Notes: generated from the sequence alone by a model not told the origin. Positions 1 through 14,280 are shown, numbered from the stretch's first letter. The stretch is 64,000 bases of DNA from Fimbriosthenelais zetlandica (GCA_977030845.1 OZ365114.1:10912001-10976000); one strand, 5' to 3'. A program made the numbers and translations.

Positions 1-2166
1 ACCGCAACACACGTCGCAAGCAGTGGAGACCCATTACCCCCATCGGATTGTTAATGTTGAGCCATCAGTTCGAAATTGCTATGGCATGTATCTAATAAAA
101 TAAGAACTAAGTACTCCCTCTGATTGTGCAACATGAGTATTTATTTCTCTTGGGGCACCTCCAAGTTATGACTAACAGCAATAGAAGAGATACTTGATAC
201 CTCTTATGACAGAGACTCAGATTTATGTGGGACTGTGTCTACTTTGTAGCCTCTGTGTAGTGAGAGTGCATCAGTTTGCTGTCAGAGAGATCAGATCACT
301 TCCAAGCCTGGCAAGATAGGTGTCAAAGTAGAAGATGACACTGGCTGAGAAAGATAGTGACTCTTGACACATGCCACAGGTGACTCTGACACCAGTGTCA
401 TAATCTATGGATAAAGTACAATAGCAGTATTGGTAACATATATGCCAGTAACGTTCCAAAGTTTGGAAATTCTTTCTGCCCAGGCGAGATTTCGACGTGT
501 CAATAAATAGTGTAATTGCCTTTAAGTGTGGCCCAAGCATTATGAATATAATAGATATTGCAACCAGTTCATCGAACCCAGTTTCCAGTTTCGTGCTGAT
601 AAAGTTATTAGACATGCATGGAACACTGATTAGGAGGACACACAGGACCCGGATATCCTGTTTAGTGAATAGAGCCATGCATTTTACCGTCTAAAATTTA
701 AACTTAACTTTTCAATAGCACTGAATATAGCTGTCTTCTGAGACATCTTTCATCACGGAAATTCATTTAATAGCTTATTGCATTCAATTCCAAAGTAAAA
801 TCTTAGGAAAATTGAATATTTATAAGACTCTATAATTCAGGGAACATTCATGCTTGATGCTATATCCAGGTTTAAAATGGACAATATAATATTACTGTTC
901 CAAAAATCACATATTTAATACAAATTCTTTACTATTCCTATCCGGTACACTTATTAATATGTGGGCGTGAAAGAAAGTAACTTGCGATAAAATTCACTGA
1001 TAAAAAAGGAAGGACATTTGGGCAAAGATATCGTGAATGGTGTGGGCAAAACAAAGACCTTTACGCCATAAATGAAATATTAAACTTTTTCAAATTACAT
1101 GCCTACGCATGAGATTTTCTTCATATTTCCTTCACGTTTTTGACGGAATTGCACCTCGCCCTTTCACCAAAGCCATCTGGGAAATTAAGCTTTGAAACCA
1201 ATGCAATGAAGTTTCAATCCGAGTGAAAAATATTAAATTTGAAAAAAAAGATATTTATCACTACATGTATACGTTCAAGTTTAACGAGGAATTCTCGGAG
1301 AAACACCTGCTGTGGTGCCACCAATCACCCTATTGTCAATCCATCTATTAATCGTCCATCCTCTTCTTTCAGTAATTTTATATCAACAATACCTGATAAG
1401 AAGGTCCGTACAATTAGCGTGAATTAAGACCGTTTTTATAGAGATCCCTCCTAATACTCAATACGGCTGGTGAGACGTAAAAGAAGCACCTGCCGAGGCG
1501 CCACCCATCAGTCTATTGTCAAACTAAGATGGGGGCCTCTCGCACTTCAGCTTTAAGCTTTTGAAATGCACACATTTCTCCTCCATTGGATTATCGACAT
1601 TTCAAATCACATAATGGGGCCGTGCATTATCTGGCAAGTTAATTGGTTTCCAAGGTAACAATAATGGCGGCGGGGAATCTTTTACAGAGCTAGAGATTAT
1701 TCATGCTGCCGGACAAAGCCTTATTGGTGAAAATTATTATCCGCACAAGATAAGAATACGTGGGCTTATTCGCAGAATTCAAATTCACAATTGAATAGTC
1801 GTGTTGCCATAATAATGCAAGAATACATGCCAAAGATGTCCTTTTAAAACGTCCGAATGGTACATTGTGCTCGGGAAAGGCTAAGTGTTATTGAAGGTAC
1901 ATGCCATTGTCAGTTGAGGGACGAGCTTACAGGCAAAAAGTATGGCGGTACTCTTTCGAAGTGAGAAGGAAAAGTCACAGAGTACTGCACATGCCTTTTT
2001 CTTAAAAATGAGGAGGTACAAAACTAATGTATTATTATTATAGCAATTGGACACAAGACCATTGGCAACATAAAAAATGCACAACACTGTTGTTCATGGG
2101 GTATAGATATACATGTACTGGATTTTCTGACGCAACTGATGTACATATCTGCCCTAAGTGTCAATG

Positions 2167-2340
2167 CACTGCACTGCACCTCATTGTATCACTGCTATTG
2201 GTGAAGGGTGTCTATATTTTGTTCTATTTGCGAGTTGTGTGGCATTGAAAAGTCAAACACATGGGCTGTCTAGCCACAAGAAAATCGCAACAATCACAAG
2301 GCAAGAGAACCCTAGGTTAGCTATACCCCATGAATGGCCA
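2167..2340 (+). mobile_element. Dispersed non-autonomous DNA transposon family B, copy
   Basis: Shares CTGCAC...TTCTATTTGCGAG...TAGCCACAAGAAAATCGCAACAATCACAAGGCAAGAGAACCC...AGCTA with copies at 13545, 32857, 44432, 50143, 53608 and 61987 (reverse). Confidence 0.7.
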
Positions 2341-5300
2341 AGTCAGAGAGCTGCACTATAGAACTGTCAAGAAATCAGTTTTAACAGTGGTGTCTCCAAA
2401 ATGTACCGCGTCAAAAATAAATGGCCTCGCCTGTTAGAGATATATGTAGCGAGAGGAAACAGAAGTGATTCAGCTGAGATGAGAGAAAGAGAAAGTCTGA
2501 TATATTGTTTGTGTCAGGCAGTTCTTTCACCTTCAGGGACATAAGAGCAGACAGTATCTGCAACAACAATGGTACAGTACCAGCGTCACCAAAGCAATGA
2601 ATTCTCCAAGAGTTCTAGACACAGGAAGTGTTTATATATTCTGCTGATATAAAATGATTGTACAATTTTGCAACTTCAACAGCTGTCACCAAAGCTGCCA
2701 AGTATAATGTTCTATAATCACTAAAGCTGTCAACCAGCAAGCTCTAAAATGAAACCTTCTATTTTCGTTATACCTTTCATCTGATCTATCACCTTCAGCT
2801 GTCAAAAAAGCTGTCAACTATCACATTTACCTGTCATCAAGGCTGTCAACAGTCACCTGTCAGCAAAGCTGACAAATACCACTGAAGCAATAATCACTAT
2901 AACCTCCTCCTCGATATTCCTTTGCCTGAAGCACAAGAGAGCCCTACTTCATTTTAATTATTGACATGAAGAAATGCAATCAATGAAATGAGGCGATAGG
3001 AGTGGGATTATATGAAGGAGAGACAAGAGGAGCAAATGAAGAAGTGTAATGACATGGGCTGAGTGAATCGTCATCGAGTGTTGTAATTAATATTAAAAAT
3101 AAAAGATGTACACGGGAAGCGAAGATGAAAAGTTCAACATTGGCAAATGTACTATTATGTAAGATGTTGGGATCAATATAATGTGTGAATCGTATACATT
3201 GTAAGTAAAAAGCCCGATGAAATAATACGATTTTTATGATCTAGATCATGGCTTTTTACTATAGTCCTATGGCAAAAGCATGAGCCAAAATGTAATCACT
3301 CACAAGGAACCCAAGCAAAGTATACTGGTAATTTATGGAGCTATAGGACCTTAGAATTTTATGTACCCATAAACCTCTTTTGTGAGAGAGGCGTTAGGTA
3401 TATGTTATTAATGATGAACATAATATTATAAAAACTATTTTCCTTTAGGATTTATTATATTTATTATAGGCTACTTCATTCAATAATTCATCATGCAGTG
3501 GCTTTTACATAAATTCATATTTAAATCTTGAAGGTGGTTGGTGAGAACAATGGGTGCTCCATAATCTCACGAACACTTCCGATTGAATATTTTGCAGAAG
3601 GGTTCAAAGGTTTATTCAACGCCAGTACTATTGAATAACCCATTGTTAATCAGTGATTTATGAAATAGGGACTTAGTAAGTACAGCATAGGAATAAGGAT
3701 GTATGATACATGTATATTCATTGAAATGAAGAAGGTAGTGAGACAAAATGAAACACTACCCATAATCCCTACCCCTCCCACCCACATAACCACTAAGCTC
3801 TCCCATCCTCTAGGCCTGACTAAGTCTATTACACATAGTCTCCTCTATCAGATCCGACAGTGCCAACTTTAATGTGGGCGATAATGGGAAAGCAATATCA
3901 TAAAACGCCACGTGCTCGTAGAAAAGGTGGCGGCGATTATGCCTCATTAGAAGGAGTAGAGCACCATTTAGGATTCTTCATACTCCAATAAAATGTGTTC
4001 CCTTTCCACCTCGCTGCATACAAAATGACAATTACTTTAATCAATGTTGAAGACACACCAAGCCTGTCACCCCTAAGGCACCGCCGACAAGGCTTATACA
4101 TATAACGGAATGCGTAGGATACACGCGATATAAGTGGAATAAAATTATATTTCACGCTGCTCGCTGAATTGAGGTAATGAAGAATAGATTCTGAACGTGT
4201 TGCATCGATTCACAAACACAAACTGAGCTTGATTACTGCTATTCCACACCACAGAAAGAATTCATATGTCTCATGATGGTTTTCTTTCTGTATGGAGAAA
4301 TTTAATGGGAAATATTGTCTCAGCCTATCGGGATGGGGAGGGGAATTTTTATTTTATTTTTTATATTGCATGGTGCAGAAATCAACTGTTCTATTGTTGA
4401 GTAAATCAATTATTATAATTGTTGAAATTAGAAATCTCTAGTATGTTTTGGGGGGAAAATCACGTATCTCGTTGAGAAAATCAACTATTATTGTTTAAGA
4501 GGATGAGGGATGCAAAGCTCTATTTGTCTAAGACCACAAAATATATTCCCAAAGAAATAAGTTCAGGAGGAAGATAATCTCATCAATTAGCGTATCCTCC
4601 ATTGCGGGATCTACGAACTAAGGTCACTGATTTTGATGATCATCCTCAAAACATTGAAAGACGTATTTCTCCAAAGAATAATAAGATCCCATCATGTTTT
4701 AACCAACAATAAATGAAGGGCCTATCTATTTATGTAACCGTTGTAGACGGACGACTCATGTTTCAGTTGTTAGTTCTATATTCGGACCAGGACAATTGAA
4801 TTATAAATAGCCTTCCATACTATTCTACCCAATGTCGTACCATACGCCAACAATTTACAATGACATTTTTATATATCATTACACAATATTAAAGTTATAA
4901 AATTACCATTCAACATACCTGTATGTGTAATAGATCATTACTCCAAATATTGAACTGAATGACACTCAATCTTCCATGGATGATGGCGGATTTGGGTAAG
5001 TGCTTTTGCTGACACTGGTATCCAACTATGGCCTCCTCCTCCTCCTCCTCTGACCTGTGACCTCCCACAATACCTTGCAATACTTTGATTCCCCCCCTCC
5101 CACTATGCTGGTGGTCACCTGGGGCTAGGCACTTTGTTAAAGTTGGATCTGTCGCAATTATATTAATCCATCTTTTAAATGCAAACTTAAAAATAACTTA
5201 TTTTAGAAGTAAACATTAAACGGCCATGTACATGACAGAAAAGATGTATGGATGAGAGATTACCTGGAATTGAATGTCTGAAACAAAAACCTGATCTTAG

Positions 5301-6251
5301 AATAGGACAATGTCCTAAAACTTGATCTTTTAATAGGCCTACCCTTAATAATATAAGAAGAATCACAATATAACATTTCGCTAAACATTTCATATAGACT
5401 AACTTGGAGACCAGACATTCTCATGATCACGTGTAGAATGATACATCACTACGGTATCCCCTTGTCAGAAAATTATCCACTAATTGTTTCCATGGCAACC
5501 AGTACTTATGTCATTGAGGAGCAACAATTGCACAGATATGATATGACGTGTTTTCTGATAGATCGGAAGTGACGAACGACTCGGGTTTCAGGATGGATTC
5601 TACACAAAAAAAGTCTGGAGGACGCGGTCTGGGAGAGGAGAATCCCAGGGAGCAAAAGGTGGAAAGATAAAATTTGAGGGGAAAAAAGAGCAAGACTAAG
5701 ATAGTGGGTAGATACTATAGCACTCAAATAAGTAAAGTAGACCTTAGCAATCGTGATAAAAATATCTTCAATTCCTGAGGTAACAAAAGAGAAAGGAAGA
5801 AAATAGTTCAAGAAGAAAAAGGAGATACAAATCTCTAGGACCATAGCAAGAGTGATAAAATATTGCTGGTCTGCCAATTTTTTCTTCAAATGGAGATAAA
5901 GTTCTCTTTCGGACCAGCCACAGCTCTCTTGAAATGTTGTTTAGTGACGATAGCCCGCCAGCAACTGGGGACAGCTCCCACGAGAGCAGGCTACTTAAGC
6001 CTGTCCTCCACTGGTGCGACACACTGGCGACACACAGTGTTTTGCTATTATAAAGTTTTAAAGCGTGGGCAAAGGTTTTATTTTACTGCCTAGGGGGTAG
6101 GTCCACTAAGTTGTTTTTTATGGCTGGATACTTCAGGGATATAATAGTTCGACATTGGAGCCCTATAAAGTTGCTTCAGTCGCAAAGGAAAGGCAAAAAT
6201 TTAATCCATGTACCACTTAGAGTTGCAAATCACTAGGGACAAAGACCGTCG

Positions 6252-6329
6252 TCCACTGGTGCGATTTTCCTTAAAATATACTTGCGACAAGGTCCACAAG
6301 TTTGTCGCAATGACAATTGTACCAGTGGA
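6252..6329. mobile_element. Short MITE, family C (TIR TCCACTGGT)
   Basis: TCCACTGGTGCGATT / AATTGTACCAGTGGA termini with internal TTGCGACA / TGTCGCAA inverted motifs; related solo ends at 6007, 32793, 36326-36339 and 39797-39812. Confidence 0.65.
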
Positions 6330-8647
6330 TGACATAGGCCTGCTTTAGCCCTACTTCGTCTCTCAAACTGGTCCACACAACTACGAAACTGAGCCGGTTC
6401 TTGTGAGGCTCAGACCCCGTCAGTCGAGGGGCATTCTGGGAGATCACCCCCGCCTAGCGGAAGTTGATACAAAGCCATAATCCTATTGTTGTGAGACCAG
6501 TGGCGCCCTCATCTGGGGAATGGGATAGTGATGGCGGAGGTTAATCGTATTTCAGCGCCATTATTTCTCCTAGCGGCAGGTTCATATCATTGCCAACTTG
6601 CCACAAAATAAGATTAGCCTCGAATCAATACTGATCGAGTCATGTGACCTAGTAGCAAACCACGTGAGGAGGGAAAGTAATGGGAGGAAATGCTTCCGCC
6701 GAAAGTGGATAGTTCCTGAGCATGCCGCATCAATTTAGCAGTACTGATGGTCTCGGGGATCCGACCTTACCTGTGGCTCCACCATGCGGAGAGAGGTGTT
6801 TATATCCCTGCCCCCTAGGGAGTTTAACAAGAACTGACTACTCAGATTAAATAGTCAAGAGGGCACTAGACATGTGAATAGGCAGATCCTGCGGGGAAAT
6901 GAACAAGAAGCAGCGCTGGCCAAATCTCAAATGAAGAGAACCTGGCTTGATAAATTGTATAAAGAAACAAATTTAAACCTCCATGTGATCTGGGATCAGC
7001 CTCAGAGGTTTTAATACACAGATCTCTGAACAGAGATGAACGGTTGACTTGTATTAAAGGAAACAGTTAAGTCAGGCAATGGTACGAAACAGCCTATAGC
7101 TGTAGCAGAAAAATTATATACAGCTCATCTAAAATCTACTTACACCTTAAAAATTCAAACTACAGACAGAAACAAGATTGTTCTTTTCTACCATACAATC
7201 TTTGCTCAAAAGAAGTCTGGAGATTCTAAATTTATATTGGCTTTCCCGTAATTCCCTCTCCTGTATTTCCTTCATCGTCCACCGAATAGTATGGACTAGC
7301 TTGAAGGTGAAACCTTAACGTGTTACCCCCCTCATACGACCACCCATTACGCCCCCTTCACAAAATGAAGACATATCAGGCACAATCGTAACCCACACGC
7401 AGAGAAAATAAAACTTGATGGACTTTACTTTATCACCCTTCCCAAGAGAGCTACAGAGGGCATGCGCAGAATGGGTCGGCCGCTTGTTCCCACTGAAAGG
7501 AAACGTTTAGGAAATAGCAGCCAGAGTATGCTTTAGTACCCGCTGCAACGTCAGGTCTGACTGGCCCATATCAGAACTCCTTAACGAGGCAAAAGGGTGA
7601 TTCATTTTCCCGCCAATTGAGAGGTAAATGACCTCAGCACAGGCCGGATTTGTCCATTCTTGATGGGGAAGGGGTCGGTGGTTGTGTCCATTGAATTGTC
7701 TATACCTTTATACCAGCTGCTTTTCGTTTGAGAGTACCCCATTCACATAGTGGCCCCCATCGCCAAAGCAACAGGTAGGGGGCAGTCCATATAATAATAT
7801 GGGCGTAATAGCTGCACAATCATCTCATACGTCTTATAGAATCTTCTATTACGTCCTTCTATTACTGAAATATGTCTGAATATAAAAGTAGATGGCAGTA
7901 GCAAACATAAAACCAGTATCAGTGCACCAAAGGACATAAATTTGAAACTAAAATCGGTAATGCATGTATTGAATTGTAAAAATCTGTAAAATGATCTTTC
8001 TGTACAAGAGTAAACGATCACTTCAATAGACATAATATGCCATCTCATTTTTCAACTAAATGAACTTGGGAAAAAGTCGATGGAACCCTACACTTGGCAA
8101 AACATGTATATTTCATAAGCAATTTTATGAAAGATGGGCACATTTGAAAGTTGTATTCAAAACCTGAGGTGGGATATATATGGCTTCAGGAGAAGAACTT
8201 TGGAAAGACTAAAATGAATCATATTGCCAATTGTTCCTGGGATCTGTAAAAAACTTTCTTAAACAGTAATGACAGTTACGAAGAAATATAATATACTCAT
8301 TCCTGTAATAATTATCCTGTTGTTGTAAAACATAGGCCTACATTTCGAAAGTTCTAATAGTAATAGTCATAGAAATATTGGTCGCAAAGAATGTTTAATA
8401 AAAGAAAAAGCACATAGAAAGATTCTTTAGATAAAATTCAAACAGACTCAAGAGAAACCATGAATGGGGTTTTAACTAAAATAAAATAGGCCTAATCTTC
8501 AAAGAATATGACATATATATCTTTGCAACCAGTAAGTATTCATGATCATGTTCACACCTAGGGGATGCTGACTATTGAGGTCCTTTCACACTGTTGTGAA
8601 AGGGCCCCGTTGCATAAGTGAAAATGATGAATCAATGGAATCCAGTA

Positions 8648-8809
8648 GAGGTGTTTCATAATCACCCGAGTACTCACGAAACCTGATTTTCAAGCGAACA
8701 TTTTGCTGAGCTAATGAGAATGTATTTGGAAGATTATACTCGCCAGATTCTGCAATCTGCTCACTTGAAGGACAGGTTTGACGAGTACTCGCAAGATCAT
8801 GCAACTCCC
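8648..8809. mobile_element. Fold-back MITE family A (~170 bp), full copy
   Basis: Ends GAGGTGTTTCATAATC / GATCATGCAACTCCC; internal palindromic arms GAGTACTC, CCTG..TTTTCAAG / CTTGAA..CAGG; core GAGAATGTATTTGGAA...ACTCGCCAGATTCTGCAA. Confidence 0.75.
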
Positions 8810-9503
8810 TTATTATGAAACGAAACACGTCTTGTGGAGACTCGGACTACATGGTGCACGTGAACATCCCAATAAAAACGAAACATAAATACCAAAGTTA
8901 TATATTTCTGCTGAAAATATCCGAACATAAAGAATCCATTAGAAACTAAAGACTTTTGTGTGGGGATTTCGAACTTTTTTCTGTCAGTTAGCCATGCATT
9001 AGAGGATATCATTTCAATACATGTTGATTCAGCCAAAACTGAGCAAAGCCATCGCCCAAAATACAACACAACATAGAATTCCTGATATAACTTTTTATGG
9101 CAGCGTCATTAGAGTGCCAGCATTGTACAGCGGATGTGATGTAAATCGTAATGTATTGTAAGCTTTAGGTGCCAGTATTCACTGAGTGGGGAGGAAGGTA
9201 AACAGTCGGTACTTCTGTGCTTAAACATTGACCTGTATTTTGGGGTGAATCTGTGAAAAAAAAACTTTAATGCAAATACACGTTTTGTAGATAGACCCAA
9301 AAAGCTAACAGTGGCATGAGTATGTGTCAGCGTGGGGGTGGTGTAGCAAACGGTATGTTTTTCATTTTATTTTAATCTTTTGGTATTTCACTGATCCATG
9401 GTCGGGAATATTCTATAGTACGTGTATTCATTATTACCAAATGGGAGACATGGTTGGCTTAGAAGTACTTGGTGAAGGACGCGGCAAATTTGGAGAATGC
9501 TTT

Positions 9504-9558
9504 GGGAATTGAACCAGGGACCTCCCACATTTAAGTCGAACTGTGTAGCGCTTGATCC
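9504..9558 (-). mobile_element. tRNA-derived SINE head fragment
   Basis: Minus strand ...GACTTAAATGTGGGAGGTCCCTGGTTCAATTCCC, with a B-box-like T arm. Confidence 0.4.
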
Positions 9559-10928
9559 GAGGTCCCACCCCCATAAATGAGTCGACAATAATATTCGGAA
9601 TCTTGGACTAAATCTAAAAAAAACCATCTTCGATGTCTGATATATATTCCATGCACGAGCATAAGAACGGAGAACTTCTGCAAAATAAAAAAAAAAGTAT
9701 ATTTGAGTTATAAAATTAAATTTCATGTCAGCCATGAGTTTCACAAGTTCTTGGCAGTTCCCACACTAAAAAGCAAGAAGACCTTGACTTCATCAAGTTG
9801 CTAAGAAACATCAGGCACATTTTGTGTGTTTAGTTTTTAATCAGCAACGATATAATTTCAGGAACATAAAAAAGCTTCTATCTAATTAATATTTCGCGAA
9901 TGTGAAGGAGTCAAATATTTACTCTCGAGAGGAGTGTTTCTTGCATGCATTATAATAATGATATTATTCAGACGTGTACTTTTGCAGCATGACATTTTAT
10001 TTCATATCTAATGCTGATTTTTTTCAAGGCACTCAGGGCTCGCAGAAGTTATGCGAGAGGGTGATTGTGATAGTATCTAACACACTACACACAGATATCG
10101 ACTTTGCTCTCGCCGTGAAGTTAGCCAATTTTACTGGAATGTCTTTAAATGAACATAATTATAAACTAGAGGCTGTAGACACTGGCGTGTCATTTAGGAG
10201 TCCAATCGTTTATTTTGTGTCGGCCTAGTGGGTTAATTGTTTAAGTTGTTTAGTTGTATAAGCCGAACATTATACGTCACATATAGCCCCAGTCGTTTAA
10301 GTTACACTGTAAAAACAGGTCTTTAGAAATTAAACACAATCCTTGACACTTCCATATCCCGTATCTTTCATAAACGCATTTATACTCCTAAACACGTTTA
10401 GTTGGCAAATATAAGTTGGCACAAAAATTAGTTTGCAAACTAATTTAAAGTCAAAAATTAGTTGGCCAACTAATTAAGTGTGTCATAACCTAATTTTTAT
10501 TTCGGACAGATGTTGTACATGTAGTGCATGTAGAATCTCCCACCCAATAGAATAGGGAGTCCAGTTTACAGGACTCCCAAAAACACAGGGGATATCAATG
10601 TATTGGACAGTATAACTGAACTTTCATTATGGCAGTAAACAGTTGAATAATGTTGGTGCCCACTCATAATGCTTTCCTGCTTGTCTGTAACTTGTTGACT
10701 TTGTCCTTGAGAAGGTCTCTCGGGTTGGGGAGATTATTGTGTATTAAGGGGACTTTGAGCTACAGAGGGTGGAACGTGCATGTTGAGAGGTGATTCATTA
10801 TAAACAGAATAAAACATGACAATCATCAAAGTGAGTGCATTCATGAGTACAAAATTAAAGGGCCATTCACATAAGGTCTCTAGGGGTGTCCACGAGTCCA
10901 TTTAAAGTCAAACTGATACTCAGAAATA

Positions 10929-11001
10929 CTGGGGCATGTTTCAGCGTACAAATTACCCATAGGCTTAGCATTGGTAACGGTTGTTCTGAAACAGGCCCCT
11001 G
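10929..11001. mobile_element. 73-bp mini-MITE
   Basis: CTGGGGCATGTTTCAG / CTGAAACAGGCCCCTG imperfect 16-bp TIR (14/16). Confidence 0.6.
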
Positions 11002-11639
11002 GTCAACGGATTGTTGATATTTCCGCGTGTGTGAAGTGGCCTTGAGTCGTAAGCCATGGTATACTATTATCTTTGAGGAAGTCTACCTTGGTTTCAAGCT
11101 GCCATTTTAAACTTAAAGGCCCACGGAGGTGACTACATTATATCCTTGGGGTATTATACCCAGGAAAAACTACACATTCGTGCAAGTGACCGGGTATTAT
11201 ACTTTCACTATTTGTACTTTGCAAGCCATGGAAAACAGTTGGAAATATACTCCAGTGGTCCGGCCACACCAGCAGGTACAGAGTGGAAGAAAGAACCATG
11301 ACAATATTTGCTTCATGTCTTTCGATAAATACTGGGTTTTTAATATGAGTTTTTTGGTGAGGGCAGAAAATGAGAGGGGGGTACTCTTGTACATTTCATT
11401 ATTTAAGAGGATATATAATCTATCACGACTTTAGCGGTTTGCCATGCGACTGTCTGGCAGTTTATGGCCAGCCTCACAGTCAGAAAAAAATGATAATGAA
11501 AATTGTTATATGATTCGGTTGGGTCACGTATAGGTTCCTAGGTCTATGGTTTGTATTTTACAAATAATATTATATGCAAGGCAATATCCCTTTGAATCAA
11601 TGATACTTTGCGGAGGTGGCTTCTAAGTGTGACTAGTGT

Positions 11640-11750
11640 GAGGGTATGTTGTGTCCTTGGTCGCAGAGCCCAGGAGCACTCGCGAATGCTGATTTAAAAG
11701 CGAACAGCTGCAGCTACATAGAATGCATTATGCTTTCCAGATTCGAGAAT
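11640..11750. mobile_element. MITE family A, partial copy
   Basis: GAGCACTCGCGAAT...GCGAACAGCT...GAATGCATTATGCT..CCAGATTC. Confidence 0.6.
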
Positions 11751-13544
11751 CAAATTGCTAATCCTAACTTTTGTCCACAAGGCTTTTCCATGGTGAACAT
11801 CAATGTGGTATGCCTCCTCTTAAAAACTCCTAAACTAAATTAAATACCAATGCAGATCTCCAACTATACTCAATGATGTGTTGGTAGACCTACAATCTGC
11901 CATAGCATGATGATCAGAGACCCGTTCTAAACGTAAAGTACCCCCCTTCCCTTCGGTATCTCTCATGTTCACACCAGGAAAATGTGTGTTAAATTCTTGG
12001 AGGGCCCTTGTACCATTAAAACCACGAATACTGGCAACCATTACACGCAGGGTTTTACCTCTGTCACCTTTCGAGATACCATCTTCATATTGAGAAGATT
12101 CGCCTACAATAAGTCTCAAGACTTTGAGATATTGAAAAAAACACAAACTTGAGGATTGTGAAGATAGGAATTCAGAAGGTGGAGTACGCAAAATCATGCT
12201 CACTGGCGGAAGTATTAGGACTTCATGAAAATTACGACGTAAACTGACGGTGCTCAAAGGGACTAACGTTAGGTAAGAGTGCAAGAGAATGCAATGACTG
12301 CTATTTGAAATATCGCGTTTTCGGGGGAAGCAAATTTCCATTCATAAAAATTAAGTAAATATAAATTATTGTCATTAATTTTGTACACTATTAGCTTAAT
12401 TTACATACATGTTGTCTGGTGAAACCTACATTACAGGTACATTCATAAATTTTATTATACATATGAGTATATATAAGTAAAAGATTATATTTAATATTAT
12501 GCCTATGTTATTTTGGCCTGCGATTCTTCCAATTTTCCAGCTGCAACTGCTATGTACATCTTCCTCAATTGCTGCTACAAACACATCACTTTTGAGTACA
12601 ATTTTACTCAAATTGACTACAATTCAGATGCAAATAGCATTAAGTGCATATTAAGTGCAGTTGCACATTTGGCAGATAAGACTGTGTGGCAGTTGTGGGA
12701 AAGGGAAAAATAATTGTGGTAATTAACCCTCCTTAGTACAAAATTCATTACAGGGCTAATTGAAACGTTGAAGTGTGCATATAGTTGCCCAAAAAGGAAG
12801 GATTGCCTACCCGCTTCCTAATTTATAGACCTATACTAAGACTTAATGGCTGTAAGAATTGCTAAAAGCAACCCATAAAAATGTGAAATCATTGTGCATT
12901 TTGAATCAAGTCCCAGCAATTATTATACTAAAACTCAAAGTTCAAAGAGACAAACAGATTCTGAAAGAACCAATTCAACAGACGTTTTAATTTGGGGGCA
13001 AAAAATAAGTAAAGATTCTGAACCATATCAGGTAACTATACTAAAGCAAACAGGCCAATGTGATCATCAAAGGGTGTTTCCCAAAGTACAAACTACTTAT
13101 GTTGGGTACTTAAAGTTAGGGAACATCCTCTTGTGGGGAAGAGTTTACATGAAAATTGTTTATTATCTGGGTGGTAATGACTGTGAAACTTCCATTTTTT
13201 AATCATAAAGTATTCATGCCAAAGAAATATCGTCATGTTGGTCTTGTATTTGAACACAGAACTCCATTCAGGGATTTCCAGCCTGATGTCGTCCAGACCG
13301 TAATGTATATTTGTTCGGGGGAAACCAAATACTGCCTCGTGTTGATTGAAGGGGTAGATCCACCAAGGTCCTAACAACAGGTCTTAAGACAGCCTTAATA
13401 AAGTCTTAAAAGGGGTTAAAATGGCGTCTGAATAGTGAAGATATACACCTGAAAGTATCCCCATATTTCAGTGAATGGATCAGTTTGGGTAGCTGGATTT
13501 TTTCCCGCATCTGCCGCATGTAACTTCAATAGCAGGGTATTGCT

Positions 13545-13680
13545 GTTTACAAGGTTTGCATGCCTATAAGTATATAGATCTGCGAATGGCATGGCAGCTG
13601 AATTAGGCAGAATGTAAGGGCTAGCCGCAACCAAATAACAACACTCACAAGGCAAAAGAACCCCAGTGGAGCTACCCTAA
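13545..13680 (+). mobile_element. Family B copy (partial)
   Basis: ATGGCAG...CTAGCCGCAACCAAATAACAACACTCACAAGGCAAAAGAACCCCAGTGGAGCTACCC matches the other family B copies. Confidence 0.7.
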
Positions 13681-14280
13681 CAAGTCACTCATTAGGTTAA
13701 TTTCCAAAGATAATGTTCCTATCCATGTTTGGTAGAAAAAGACAAGAACTTTGTGTCTCTACTGCTGTCCTAAACCAGAACTATTCTACTTTTCACTGCA
13801 TTTCAATGGGACACCTTTTCCCTCCCTTGGATATAGGAGGAGGCGAAACTACCAAGCATTTGACTAAACAATGCATTGACACCTTAACTGAGGCTTTATG
13901 GTATTAAATACCAACTCGAGCTAACTAGTCTCTAAACTATTTAATGTTTTCAGCAAATTGAAAGCCTTTACACAATAATACCAGTTCCTTAATATCAATC
14001 TGGCACCTGGTTGTATTGTGATCGCTTTTCAATTACTTGTTGACTGGCAGCCGCCACGCTTCTGAAAGCCAATCAATCCATTGACCTACCATGCATAACG
14101 AGGTCACATATTCCATGCTGGCTTGAATTACTGACTGGTTATACATATACTAACAACCCTGTACATATGCACTGATTAGTCAGAACACTGAATTCTTTGG
14201 TATAGCACCATTGGCATGCACGCCCCTGTATACAGTTATTTTCGCGAAAAGAAAATGTCACTTACGACCTTATGGCTCCC

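Noticed and set aside
1300-1530. Degenerate ~45-bp direct repeat (AGAA.CACCTGC.G.GG.GCCACC.ATCA..CTATTGTCAA) 180 bp apart
   Set aside because: Real but most simply an internal duplication within an old unclassified repeat; no TIR, TSD or LTR hallmarks.
6501-6508. TGGCGCCC as an LTR primer-binding site
   Set aside because: No upstream LTR ending in CA, no gag/pol remnants, and the match stops after 8 nt.
6768-6810. Minus-strand mini-exon ATG GTG GAG CCA CAG|gtaagg with upstream TATAAA
   Set aside because: TATA-to-ATG distance is too short for a TSS, and no downstream coding exon could be found.
11835-12341. 168-aa ORF with LRVMVASIRGFNG, faintly like a LINE endonuclease start
   Set aside because: No further APE motifs or RT downstream; similarity too weak to call.
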